32,605 bases of DNA, from the sequence record SRR2962707_3478. One strand, given 5' to 3'. Position numbers and translations under genes: made by a program. The notes beneath the pieces were generated by a model. That model was not told the origin of the DNA. It saw only the letters and a list, made by a program, of their open reading frames with translations, and searched no databases. Position 1 is the stretch's first letter, and each line of letters opens with the position of its first letter. Below, piece by piece: positions 8,788-18,355 of the stretch.

Positions 8788-9015
8788 TAAATTTTTATTT
8801 ATGATAATAATGTTATTAACTTTTTTTTGTTTATAACTATCATTTCCCGCATCCTTGTAGTTAATTCACTTTGAGAACACTAGAAAACACTAGTGTTTTA
8901 AAGAGATGTCTACAAAAATGTAATAGATCTATAAGTACCTGCAAAGAATATATATTTAAGATTGAATTCGTCTTTTAAAGGAAATCCAAGCTTAAAAAGA
9001 ACGATTGGACTTAGT

Positions 9016-10074
9016 TTAGTTTCTTTCAGGTGTTTTCTTGCTTAATTTTTTTAGCTGATTTTCTGTCAGCTCTTTATATTCTTCTCTATTCTTGAAAATT
9101 TGAAGGGCAGTAAATACTGCTTCTTCAAATGATTTATGATTAGCTTCTCCCTTTCCAGCAATTTCAAAAGCCGTTCCGTGGTCTGGAGAGGTACGTACTT
9201 TAGATAGCCCTGCCGTATAATTTACTCCTTTTCCGAAGGAAAGTGTTTTAAAAGGAATCAAACCTTGGTCGTGATAAGATGCTAAAATAGCATCGAAATT
9301 ATGATGTGCTCCAGAACCGAAAAAACTATCGGCAGCATAGGGACCATACACTAGTTTTCCAGAATCGTTTATTTTAGTAATAATTGGACGGAGTACTTCG
9401 TCATCTTCTTTTCCTATAACCCCATTATCTCCTGTATGTGGATTAATGCCCAATACAGCAATTTTTGGTTTCCTAACCCTAAAATCTTCTATTAAAGAGT
9501 TGTAAATTTTATTGACTTTAGTTTCTACTAATTTGGCTGTTATTTTTTTACTGACGTCTTTTACGGGCACATGGTCGGTTAATAAACCAACTTTTAAATC
9601 GTTTGTAACCATAAACATTAATGCCTCTCCTTCCAGTTCTTTGGCTAAATAATCTGTATGGCCAGGGAAATTAAATTCCTCCGATTGGATATTATGCTTA
9701 TTAATTGGGGCAGTAACTAATACATCAATTTCATCATTTTTTAAAGCGGTAACAGCTGCTTTTAATGATAAAAAAGCATATTTTCCGCCTTCTTCAGTCT
9801 CCTTTCCTGGTTCTATATTTGGAGTTTCCTTCCATACATTTACCACATTTAGTTTTCCATCAACAGCTTTATTTGCAGCATCCACACCATTATAAGCAAG
9901 TTCCATTTTTAGCATTTTGCGTTGATAGTTTATAACCTTGGTGGATCCAAATATTACAGGCGTACAAAACTCCAACATTCTGCTATCTTCGAAGGTTTTA
10001 AGAATTACCTCGCAACCTATGCCATTTAAATCTCCAATGGAAATTCCCACTCTTATGCTGTTATCTGTTTTCAT
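9016..10074 (-). CDS. pdxA: 4-hydroxythreonine-4-phosphate dehydrogenase
   Basis: GDLNGIG, TAPINK, GHTDYL, GINPH, YHDQGL and RTSPDHGTA motifs. Confidence 0.97.
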   Translation of the reverse strand: MKTDNSIRVGISIGDLNGIGCEVILKTFEDSRMLEFCTPVIFGSTKVINYQRKMLKMELAYNGVDAANKAVDGKLNVVNVWKETPNIEPGKETEEGGKYAFLSLKAAVTALKNDEIDVLVTAPINKHNIQSEEFNFPGHTDYLAKELEGEALMFMVTNDLKVGLLTDHVPVKDVSKKITAKLVETKVNKIYNSLIEDFRVRKPKIAVLGINPHTGDNGVIGKEDDEVLRPIITKINDSGKLVYGPYAADSFFGSGAHHNFDAILASYHDQGLIPFKTLSFGKGVNYTAGLSKVRTSPDHGTAFEIAGKGEANHKSFEEAVFTALQIFKNREEYKELTENQLKKLSKKTPERN

Positions 10075-10332
10075 GCGAATATATTGATATTAAACATTTA
10101 GTTTTTTAGACCTTATATTAATTATGCAAGGAGCTGCTATCTTTTAAAAATCGATGCTTTTTTATCTCTTTTTTTTAGAAGCAATTGCCTTGATTATGTT
10201 AAATCCCTCTAAGAGGGCTTCCTATTGTTTGCTTTGCGCTTGTAACAATTCAGTTTATAAAAAGACCTATTGCGGATTGTTGTTATCTTTAGTAGGTTTG
10301 TTTATTGGTATCCGACTAAAAGGGAATACATG

Positions 10333-10340
10333 CAAATTTA
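10333..10340 (-). promoter_or_regulatory. Candidate -7 promoter element for pdxA
   Basis: Minus strand TAAATTTG(CA), about 260 nt upstream of the pdxA ATG. Confidence 0.5.
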
Positions 10341-10356
10341 ATTAATAAATATAGAA

Positions 10357-10947
10357 ATGTTTACGGGAATTATAGAAGAGTTAGCATTGGTAACGAATAT
10401 TGTAAAAGAAGCTGATAATTTACATATTACAATAAAAAGTTCGATAACCAACGAATTGAAGATCGACCAAAGTGTTGCGCATAATGGTGTATGCCTTACT
10501 GTAGTTGCTATTAATGGGGATGAGTATACGGTAACGGCAATTAAAGAGACCCTAGATAAAACCGCATTAGGGAAACTTACTACAGGAGATGTAGTAAATT
10601 TAGAACGCGCCATGAAAATGGGAACCCGCCTAGATGGGCACATTGTACAGGGGCATGTAGATCAAACAGGAATTTGCGATAAAATTGTTGAAGAAAACGG
10701 AAGTTGGCGATTTACCTTTGTTTATGATGCTTCTAAAAATAATGTAACTATAGAAAAAGGCTCCATTACTATAGATGGAACTAGTTTAACAGTGGTAGAT
10801 TCTAAAAAAGATGAGTTTAGCGTTGCTATTATTCCATATACTTTTGAGCATACCCGTTTTAAAAACTACAAAATAGGGGACGAAGTAAACCTAGAATTTG
10901 ATGTTATAGGGAAATATGTATCGCGATTAATGGACTTGCAAAAATAA
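10357..10947 (+). CDS. ribE: Riboflavin synthase (alpha chain; E. coli RibC homologue)
   Basis: MFTGIIE N-terminus, SVAHNGVCLTV, VNLERA, GHIVQGHVD, KGSITIDGTSLTV, VNLEFD. Confidence 0.98.
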   Translation: MFTGIIEELALVTNIVKEADNLHITIKSSITNELKIDQSVAHNGVCLTVVAINGDEYTVTAIKETLDKTALGKLTTGDVVNLERAMKMGTRLDGHIVQGHVDQTGICDKIVEENGSWRFTFVYDASKNNVTIEKGSITIDGTSLTVVDSKKDEFSVAIIPYTFEHTRFKNYKIGDEVNLEFDVIGKYVSRLMDLQK

Positions 10948-11002
10948 TTTTTTTAAGCGTAGATATAATTCGTTATTTTTAGTGATGCTAAACTAAGAAT
11001 GG

Positions 11003-12169
11003 ATGCGATTTTTATTCTTCCTTTTACTTTGTACACAAATAACATACAGTCAAAATCAACTACAAGCGGTGCTTTTAGATAGTACTACAAAAGCACCAAT
11101 TGAGTTTGCAGATGTGTATAATCATTATAATTATACTACTTCCAATGCCGATGGTTCTTTTATGTTTACATCTAGTGGAGATTCTGTTTTTATAAAATAC
11201 CTCGGATATAAACCTATTAGAACTACTTTTAATGAGCTTCAAAATAAAAAAATAATATTTTTGGTTGAAGAAACTGTGGTTTTAGATGCGGTAGTGCTAA
11301 CTGGTAAGAATGATATTTACAGTCAGCTTGCTAAAAGTATAGAGAATAACTATCCCTTTTTTCCGTATGAGGAGCGTTTTACATTACGTGCTTTTTTAAA
11401 GAAAAATGATACGGTTCTAAAATTGCAAGATCTTACAGGTAAATTAAAACGAAAGCAGCTTTTTGCTACCCAAAAGCATCCAATGCCAAGAAAAAACTAT
11501 GAAGTGGAGCTTTTAAATATGCGAAAAGCAGGTTTGAAAGAAGAAAATGTAGAGTTTATGTTGGGAGATTTTACAAAAATTCTAAACTGGTTTATTTTAC
11601 ATGCTCCCTTAGAAAATGATAAATACGATGTTAAATCTGGAGCAATAAATGACACAGTTGATATGGTGGAATTTACCGTAAAAGATTCTATTGTAAATGC
11701 TATACATAGTAATAATAGTGGCTACTTAAAAATTAATTCTGATAACAAAGCAATTCTCGAAAACCATTTAGTTATTCGAAGAGATTCTGTTGATTATGAA
11801 AAATCTGGTCCCTATAAATACAGAACTACCCATATGGAAGTTAATGCCTTTTATGAAAAAGCAACTAACCGAAAGTATTTTTTAAAAAATGCTAAAGTTG
11901 AAGTTTTAGTAGCGGTAGTTAATATTAAAACGGCAAAAAAAGATATTTATAACTGTACCTATATTATTACTACCCACGATAATTTTAAAGAATTAAATAC
12001 TCAAAAAAATGTCTCGGTTACAAAAGATATTTTTAAGTTTAAATATCCTTATAATCCCGATTTTTGGGAAAAGCAAAATCAGTTGTTGCTAACCAATGAA
12101 ATGCTCGATTTTTTAAGCACGGTTAATGCAAAAGACAACGAGTATCGAGCAATTTCTAATTTAAAATAG
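11003..12169 (+). CDS. Secreted CarboxypepD_reg-like domain protein
   Basis: Signal peptide ending TYS-Q; LDSTTKAPIEFADV...TTSNADGSF...IKYLGY...LDAVVL pattern; C-terminal YNPDFW typical of this Bacteroidota family. Confidence 0.7.
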   Translation: MRFLFFLLLCTQITYSQNQLQAVLLDSTTKAPIEFADVYNHYNYTTSNADGSFMFTSSGDSVFIKYLGYKPIRTTFNELQNKKIIFLVEETVVLDAVVLTGKNDIYSQLAKSIENNYPFFPYEERFTLRAFLKKNDTVLKLQDLTGKLKRKQLFATQKHPMPRKNYEVELLNMRKAGLKEENVEFMLGDFTKILNWFILHAPLENDKYDVKSGAINDTVDMVEFTVKDSIVNAIHSNNSGYLKINSDNKAILENHLVIRRDSVDYEKSGPYKYRTTHMEVNAFYEKATNRKYFLKNAKVEVLVAVVNIKTAKKDIYNCTYIITTHDNFKELNTQKNVSVTKDIFKFKYPYNPDFWEKQNQLLLTNEMLDFLSTVNAKDNEYRAISNLK

Positions 12170-12253
12170 CATGAGGGATTGAGCGGTATGTTTGAGCTCT
12201 CCAAATAAATATTTGGAAGCGAGTAGCGAAAGCCCGACCCGAAGGGGCATGCC
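12168..12253 (+). ncRNA. Flavo-1-like structured RNA / intergenic repeat element
   Basis: GCATG...CATGC closing stem, GGGATTGAGCGG...GCGAAAGCCCGACCC core, hairpins CCAAATA-AA-TATTTGG and CCC-GAA-GGG. Resembles the Flavobacteria Flavo-1 motif as I recall it. Confidence 0.6.
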
Positions 12254-12365
12254 ATAAAAGTTATATAGAATTTTTGAAGGGATAAGCACCTTTTAAGAAA
12301 ACAATAACGCTACTGGTTTTTTAGTTTCTAAGCAAGCTTTTATCTTTATGTAAAAATTAAAATAA

Positions 12366-13079
12366 ATGGACTTAAAAGGAAAAGTAGCCTATATAACTGG
12401 CGGTACAAAAGGAATAGGATATGGAGTAGCCGAGAGCTTGCTTGAGGCGGGAATGAAAGTTGCAATTAGCGGACGTAAATTAGAAGACGCTCAAAAAGCT
12501 GCAAAGAGTTTGAGTAACGATGCAGATTTGGTTCTCGGACTCTCTTCTGATGTAACAAAACTCCAAGATGAAAAGGATGCAATTAAAAGCATAGAAGAAA
12601 AGTGGGGGCAAGTAGATGTGGTATTAGCAAATGCTGGAGTTGGACATTTTGCTCCGATTGATGAGCTTGAAGATGATAAGTGGCACCAGATGATTGATAC
12701 AAATTTGAATGGAGTCTACCATACTTTAAAAGCGTCTGTGGCTGCTTTAAAACAGTCTAAAGGATATTATATAACGCTAGCAAGTTTGGCAGGAACTAAT
12801 TTCTTTCCAACAGCGGCAGGATATAATGCTACAAAGTTTGGAGTTGTTGGTTTTACGCAAGCTGCAATGTTAGACTTACGTCAATATGATATTAAAGTAT
12901 CTACCATAATGCCTGGTTCTGTGGCTTCTAATTTTAACGATCATACGCCTTCTAAAGACGATGCATGGAAAATTCAGCCAGAAGATATTGGGCAGCTTGT
13001 GCTTGATTTATTAAAAATGAATCCAAGAACATTGCCTAGTAAAATAGAGGTAAGACCAACGCGTCCAGATAAAAAATAA
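12366..13079 (+). CDS. SDR family NAD(P)-dependent oxidoreductase
   Basis: TGGTKGIG Rossmann motif, ANAG, catalytic YNATK. Confidence 0.93.
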   Translation: MDLKGKVAYITGGTKGIGYGVAESLLEAGMKVAISGRKLEDAQKAAKSLSNDADLVLGLSSDVTKLQDEKDAIKSIEEKWGQVDVVLANAGVGHFAPIDELEDDKWHQMIDTNLNGVYHTLKASVAALKQSKGYYITLASLAGTNFFPTAAGYNATKFGVVGFTQAAMLDLRQYDIKVSTIMPGSVASNFNDHTPSKDDAWKIQPEDIGQLVLDLLKMNPRTLPSKIEVRPTRPDKK

Positions 13080-13153
13080 TTTTTTTTACTATAAATTGCA
13101 GCAAAAAGATTTTAATTCTGATACAAATCTCTTTCTTTTCAGAGTAGCGCAAT

Positions 13154-13999
13154 TTAGTTTTTAATAAATTTAAGAGAAGCTTCTACAACTTGTTTCATGT
13201 GTTGTGGAAGCTTTTTTTCTTCCCAAGGATGTTTGCCACCAAAAACATGGTCTGCTTCTTCAATAACAAGTAATTTGCTATTTGGATTCCATGTATGTAA
13301 TGCTTTTGCTTCTTTTAAATCGACAGTTGGATCGTTTGTTCCATGGATAATTAGAAAAGGGATTTCAATTTTTTCTGCTGAAGTTTTTATAGTGAAGCGT
13401 TCTTCATTTTCAATAAAATCTTCGTAGAATTGATAATAATGGGGTAATTGCTGTTTTGTTCTGCTATTTTCTACATGGATTACCCCTTGGCTTTTCCAAT
13501 ATGCACGTGCCTTTTCATCCGCAAAACGCGCCTTAAAATCGCTTACACTTGCCCAAGTAATTAATTTGGTAATTCTTTTATCTTCGGAAGCTTTTATGGT
13601 AACAATTCCGCCACCACGAGAATGACCAATTAAAGTAATATTAGAAGTATCTATAGTTTTAGAAAATTCATTTTCTGAATTTGTAATCCAATTTATTACT
13701 GAATTTACATCATCAAGCTCAATACTAAAATTATTTAGAGCAAAGGCTTCTAGGTCAGGGAAATCAATAGGTTGTTCTATGGTTCCTCCGTTATGAGAAA
13801 AATTGAATTTAATAAAGCAGTATCCATTCGAAGCAAATTCTCTAGCAACCAAATCCCAATATCCCCAATCTTTAAAACCTTTGTAGCCGTGGCAAAATAG
13901 TACAATGGGGCTTTTTTTAGACTCTTCTTTTATGTAAACATCGGTTAGGATAGGTCTGGTATGTTTTCCTTCTAAAATTATATTTCTTTTAATATGCAT
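13154..13999 (-). CDS. Alpha/beta hydrolase family protein
   Basis: HGYKG oxyanion region, GHSRGG nucleophile elbow, HGTND Asp, ADHVF His; overlaps the upstream nuclease gene by 11 nt. Confidence 0.9.
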   Translation of the reverse strand: MHIKRNIILEGKHTRPILTDVYIKEESKKSPIVLFCHGYKGFKDWGYWDLVAREFASNGYCFIKFNFSHNGGTIEQPIDFPDLEAFALNNFSIELDDVNSVINWITNSENEFSKTIDTSNITLIGHSRGGGIVTIKASEDKRITKLITWASVSDFKARFADEKARAYWKSQGVIHVENSRTKQQLPHYYQFYEDFIENEERFTIKTSAEKIEIPFLIIHGTNDPTVDLKEAKALHTWNPNSKLLVIEEADHVFGGKHPWEEKKLPQHMKQVVEASLKFIKN

Positions 14000-16751
14000 G
14001 CGTCTTTATTTCTTTTTCTTGGAAAGGAGTTTCCTTGTTAAATATATCAAGGATTAGTTTTTCCAGTTCTACTTTGTATTTTGATTGAATTTCAGCATCA
14101 ATTTTATATTGTCTCTCATTATGCTTTGAGCCGTATTTAAAATTGAATTTTAGAAGTCCTCCTTTTATGTTTTTAAATGAGATTATTCCTCCTTCAAATT
14201 CATTGTAAATGGTTTCGCTTTGGATCATGTAGGCATAACATAATATCTGAAACGCTTTACTGTATTTATAATCTTCTGTAAGAATCTCCCAATCTGTAAT
14301 GCTAACATCTTTTTGTTCTACCTTGCCCGTTTTATAATCTATAATGTTTATAGTGCCGTCTACTTCTTCAACGCGGTCTACTTTACCTCTAATGTAAACA
14401 GGGAAATCTAATGCTTGGATTGGAATCAAAGCTCTTAAATTACTTTCAATTTGAAGAATTTTGATTTGCTTTCCGCTTTTTAATCTATTTTCTTCAAAAT
14501 TTAAGAAGTTTTGAATATAACGTTTCGCAACATGAAAAGAAATCAGATTCTTCCCTCTTAAATCGGTAGTTTCTGTATACGATTTTGAAAAGTGATTTGC
14601 TACTTCTTTGTTAAGTTCTTTCCGCATTTTGTTGAGGTCCTCAATACTAATAAACTTTCCTTCTAAAGGTTTGTAAAAAGATTCTAGCGTGTCGTGTACT
14701 ATGGTTCCTAATGTGTTTGCTGCAATAGTTTCTTCAACCTCTTCTGTTTCTCTAATTCCAAGAACAGATTGTGTGTAAAAATCTAATGGGTTACGAACAT
14801 AATTACTTAGCGATGTTGGTGAAAATCCTTTGGCAGCTATTTCTTTAAGCCTATGGATTACACTTTCGTCTTTTGTAATTGTAGATAATTCAAGAGTATT
14901 ATTTTTTATAGTTGGACTCGCAACAATTTCTGTAATGGCATGTTTTTCTTCTTTTAGCATAGTTAATTGCTGTAAGAGTCTGCTTTTTTCACCTCCTTCA
15001 AGAGCATCTGGTTCGGTATTATACACCAAATAAATATTTTTAGCTCGTTGTAATAATCTGTAAAAGTGATAGGAATAAATAGCATCCTTTTCTTTGTATG
15101 TAGGGAGACCAAATACCGTTTTTAAATCGAAAGGAATAAAAGAATTGTTAGTTTTTCCAGTTGGTAAAATACCTTCATTTACGGAGGTTATAATAACGGT
15201 TTCAAAATCTAAATTTCTACTTTCTAGCATTCCCATTATTTGTAAGCCTTCTAAAGCTTCTCCTTTAAAATCGATAGTTTCACTTGCTAATAATTCACTA
15301 TAAATTTTCTTGAGTGCTTTTATTCCTGTAATTGTATTGTATTCAGCATTGAATGTTTTAAGCTGATTAAAGACCTCGTAAAAGCGATATAGATATTCTA
15401 GAAAAAGAGGATTCTTCTGTTCTTCCGAAGTATAAGTGTTTTTTAATGATAGGATAATGGCTAAGCAATTATCAATAACCGAAGAAATGGTTGTGTCTTT
15501 TTTGTTTATGAATAATTTAGCATCTGTTTTATTTATAGTTTCTAACTCACTTTGTTTGATATAGATGAGGTTCTGATTCTTAATTTTTTCAATTAGTTGT
15601 TGGATTTCCTCAGCCGTATCTGTTGTCATGCTATAGCTAATCGGGTTCGAAAGTATATTTATAACATCTTGATAGTACCAAACCCCATCTGTATTTTTCT
15701 CCCAGATTTCAAATAATGTTTCAAAGAAGGAGGCAAAAGGCGATAAATCTAATGGAAATCCACTTGTTATATTTGCTTTATTTATTTCTGAAGGGATGCT
15801 ATTTAATATAGGAGCTAGTAGATTTTCATTTCCTAAAACAATGGCTGTATTTTTTATGGAGCCTTGTAATTTTCCTAAAATTTTTCCTACATATTTTGCT
15901 TGCCCTATATTTTTTGGAACCCCAATAATTTCAATGTTTTTTTCTTCTGAAAAATAATTGCTTATATTTTTAAATTCCTTGTTCTTAAAATAAGGCCACG
16001 ATGCTTTGTAGTTTCTTAAAAACAGACCAGCATCATGGTCTTTATTATCCATAAATTTTTGGTCAATATCCCAAAAAACTTCAGCATTTGTATTGGTGAG
16101 AAACTCCTGAATTATATTTTTTTCAGCATTATTCAACGCATTAAAACCAATAAATAAATGTGTGGAGTTTATATTGTTTTGAATGTAGTATTCAACATTA
16201 TCATTCGCTTCACGGTAAATCATACCTTGGTATCCAATGCCTTTTTTTTGGAGGTGTTCGTTATATACAGTATAATAGACGTTTAGTTTTTCCCAGAATT
16301 TTAAATATTTTTTTTGTAAAAGGGTCTTGTCGTCAGCATTGGTCCAATGGAATTGGTCTAGCTCTTTTATATTAAATAAATGAGAAAAGAATGTTTCTGT
16401 ATCAATTAAATATCTATCAATCTCATTAAAATCTTGTAAGATAGTTTGAGACCAAGAGGTAAACGCGTAAAAGTCTTCCTGTTCGTTTTCGGGAGTTATT
16501 TTTTTATAGACTTCATATAGCTCAAATGATAATTGAATATTGGATGCCAATTTCAAGTTTGCTAACTCCTGAATAAATTCTTCAATGCTTATAATTTTAG
16601 GAGCAATAGTAGTTTTTTCAACAAGGTTTAAAAGTTCATTTTTTAAAAAAGTTACCGCTCTTTTACTTGGAAGAATAATAGCAAGATTTGGTAATTGTTC
16701 TTTGTGTTTGGAATATATTTCTGAGGCTACTTGAGCTAGGAATGATTTCAT
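13989..16751 (-). CDS. AddB-like PD-(D/E)XK nuclease family protein
   Basis: Degenerate helicase-like N-terminus (LPSKRA, GLQIMGMLESRNLDF); C-terminal RecB-type nuclease FSPTSL...RGKVDRVE...IIDYKTG...QILCY. Confidence 0.88.
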   Translation of the reverse strand: MKSFLAQVASEIYSKHKEQLPNLAIILPSKRAVTFLKNELLNLVEKTTIAPKIISIEEFIQELANLKLASNIQLSFELYEVYKKITPENEQEDFYAFTSWSQTILQDFNEIDRYLIDTETFFSHLFNIKELDQFHWTNADDKTLLQKKYLKFWEKLNVYYTVYNEHLQKKGIGYQGMIYREANDNVEYYIQNNINSTHLFIGFNALNNAEKNIIQEFLTNTNAEVFWDIDQKFMDNKDHDAGLFLRNYKASWPYFKNKEFKNISNYFSEEKNIEIIGVPKNIGQAKYVGKILGKLQGSIKNTAIVLGNENLLAPILNSIPSEINKANITSGFPLDLSPFASFFETLFEIWEKNTDGVWYYQDVINILSNPISYSMTTDTAEEIQQLIEKIKNQNLIYIKQSELETINKTDAKLFINKKDTTISSVIDNCLAIILSLKNTYTSEEQKNPLFLEYLYRFYEVFNQLKTFNAEYNTITGIKALKKIYSELLASETIDFKGEALEGLQIMGMLESRNLDFETVIITSVNEGILPTGKTNNSFIPFDLKTVFGLPTYKEKDAIYSYHFYRLLQRAKNIYLVYNTEPDALEGGEKSRLLQQLTMLKEEKHAITEIVASPTIKNNTLELSTITKDESVIHRLKEIAAKGFSPTSLSNYVRNPLDFYTQSVLGIRETEEVEETIAANTLGTIVHDTLESFYKPLEGKFISIEDLNKMRKELNKEVANHFSKSYTETTDLRGKNLISFHVAKRYIQNFLNFEENRLKSGKQIKILQIESNLRALIPIQALDFPVYIRGKVDRVEEVDGTINIIDYKTGKVEQKDVSITDWEILTEDYKYSKAFQILCYAYMIQSETIYNEFEGGIISFKNIKGGLLKFNFKYGSKHNERQYKIDAEIQSKYKVELEKLILDIFNKETPFQEKEIKTHAY

Positions 16752-16777
16752 TGGTTGTTATTTACTCGCTTTATGAG

Positions 16778-16793
16778 TCCCGAATCCTCGGGA
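16778..16793. repeat. Short GC-rich REP-like palindrome
   Basis: TCCCGA-ATCC-TCGGGA upstream of the AddB-like gene. Confidence 0.45.
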
Positions 16794-16834
16794 TGAATAC
16801 AACAACTAAATTACCAAAATTTAAAGTATAATAA

Positions 16835-16866
16835 ATAAAAAAACGCTCCGAATATCGGAGCGTTTT
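16835..16866 (-). terminator. Rho-independent terminator after ompA
   Basis: AAAACGCTCCGA-ATA-TCGGAGCGTTTT (16840-16866) with a U-tract on the minus strand. Confidence 0.88.
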
Positions 16867-16896
16867 CTATTATATGGTTTGAACTAATTTAGTTAA

Positions 16897-18246
16897 TTAC
16901 TTAACTAAGTTAATTTCAACTCTTCTGTTTTGAGCTCTACCATCTCTAGTAGAGTTAGAAGCGATTGGTTTAGTTTCACCGTAACCAGCAGAAGATAATC
17001 TGAATCCGTCAATTCCATGAGAAGTTAAATATTCTTTCACAGAAAGAGCTCTAGACTCAGAAAGTCTTTGGTTAAGAGAATCACTACCAGTACTATCTGT
17101 GTGACCGTCTACAGTAAATTTAGCATTTGGATATTCATTAAGAATTGCAATGATATCAGATAACACTTGCTCAGACTGAGGTTTGATAGAAGATTTACCA
17201 GTATCAAACAAGATAGTTTTAGCATAGTTATTTAATGCTTTTTGAACTTCAGCAGATAATTCAGGACATCCGTCATTAGCTACAGTTCCAGGAGTTTCAG
17301 GACACTTGTCATCTTTGTCAAGTACACCGTCTCCGTCTTTATCTGGACAACCGTTAGAAGAAGCAGGACCAGCAACATCTGGACACTGATCATCTTTATC
17401 AGCTACACCGTCACCGTCAGCATCTGGACATCCAGCTAATTCTTTAAGACCTGGAGTATTAGGACACTCATCTTGAGGATCAGCTACACCATCTCCGTCA
17501 GAATCAGGACAACCATTCATGTCAGCAGTACCAGCTTCGTTAGGACAAGCATCTTTAGAATCTTCGATACCATCTCCGTCAGAATCAGGACAACCGTTGA
17601 AAGCTTTTAAACCAGGAACTTCAGGACAAGCATCGTCTTTATCGTATACACCATCTCCGTCAGAGTCAGTACCACCAAATTTGATAGCAAGACCAGCTAA
17701 GTGTTGGAAGTGAGGAGTGCTGTAATCTTCGAATACATGCTTGTATCCAGTTTGTACAGTAAGACCAAGGTTTTCAGTAAACCATACATTGAAACCAACA
17801 CCTCCGTTAAGAGTTCCAGCTCCAATTTCGTCTAACCATGTATAACCCCCACCGATTTCGATGAATGGATCAAATACATGACCTTGAGTAAAGTTGTACT
17901 TAATAGTACCATCTACACCGTAGTAAGATAAATCATCTACACTAGTGTCACCAAGGTTTTCAATTTTGTTAAGTGATCCACGAACTCCTAAAGAGATTCC
18001 ACTACCTACGTACTTAGAAACAGATACGTAAGAAATAGAAGGTAGGATGTTCCAGTGATCACTTGCGTTGAAATACTCGTCGAACCAAGCTTCAGAAGCA
18101 TATGGTCTATCAGAATTTGTTGGGTATGCATCAACTGCGTTTACCCCAAATGCGATTTGCCATGGATTGTTTTGGTCTTGAGCATTCATGTTGCTAATTC
18201 CTACAAAAAGGAACGCAGCAACTAGTAATTTGCTAAGATGTTTCAT
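16897..18246 (-). CDS. OmpA family outer membrane protein with thrombospondin type-3 repeats
   Basis: Signal peptide, beta-barrel-like N-domain, five DxDGDG..D..D.CP repeats, OmpA_C motifs GHTD, LSESRA and NRRVE; codon usage typical of a highly expressed gene. Confidence 0.95.
   Translation of the reverse strand: MKHLSKLLVAAFLFVGISNMNAQDQNNPWQIAFGVNAVDAYPTNSDRPYASEAWFDEYFNASDHWNILPSISYVSVSKYVGSGISLGVRGSLNKIENLGDTSVDDLSYYGVDGTIKYNFTQGHVFDPFIEIGGGYTWLDEIGAGTLNGGVGFNVWFTENLGLTVQTGYKHVFEDYSTPHFQHLAGLAIKFGGTDSDGDGVYDKDDACPEVPGLKAFNGCPDSDGDGIEDSKDACPNEAGTADMNGCPDSDGDGVADPQDECPNTPGLKELAGCPDADGDGVADKDDQCPDVAGPASSNGCPDKDGDGVLDKDDKCPETPGTVANDGCPELSAEVQKALNNYAKTILFDTGKSSIKPQSEQVLSDIIAILNEYPNAKFTVDGHTDSTGSDSLNQRLSESRALSVKEYLTSHGIDGFRLSSAGYGETKPIASNSTRDGRAQNRRVEINLVK
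17263..17667 (-). repeat. Five tandem 81-bp coding repeats (TSP type-3 Ca-binding units)
   Basis: 5 x 27 aa units DxDGDG(V/I)xDxxDxCPxxxGxxxxxGCP, 405 bp in total. Confidence 0.9.
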
Positions 18247-18281
18247 GTTCAATTATTTAATTTTAAGTGTTAATTTAAAGA

Positions 18282-18312
18282 CAAATGTAAGTTGTTACAA
18301 CTTATTAACAAA
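18282..18312 (-). promoter_or_regulatory. Bacteroidota -33/-7 promoter of ompA
   Basis: Minus strand TTTG (18312-18309), 19-nt spacer, TACATTTG (18289-18282). Confidence 0.75.
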
Positions 18313-18355
18313 AACAAATATATAATTTTTTAGTTAAAATGAAAAGAGATGTAGT

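Noticed and set aside
3518..8790. Small alternative ORFs within the desaturase, accC, accB, rpmF and yceD genes
   Set aside because: They overlap well-supported genes and show no protein family signal.
10154..10345. 63-aa Cys-containing ORF upstream of ribE
   Set aside because: No recognisable family, low-complexity T-rich start and overlap with predicted promoter elements. It cannot be excluded without ribosome profiling but is unsupported.
10075..10356. FMN riboswitch upstream of riboflavin synthase
   Set aside because: No RFN consensus (AGGGCGGGGTGAAATTCCC-like) on either strand.
10338..10643. 101-aa minus-strand ORF
   Set aside because: Antisense shadow of ribE.
13080..13160. Imperfect long hairpin between the convergent SDR and hydrolase genes
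   Set aside because: AT-rich with many mismatches; may aid termination but is too weak to call.
17263..17667. Periodic repeats as a CRISPR array or diversity cassette
   Set aside because: They are in-frame coding TSP3 repeats of OmpA with no repeat-spacer structure.
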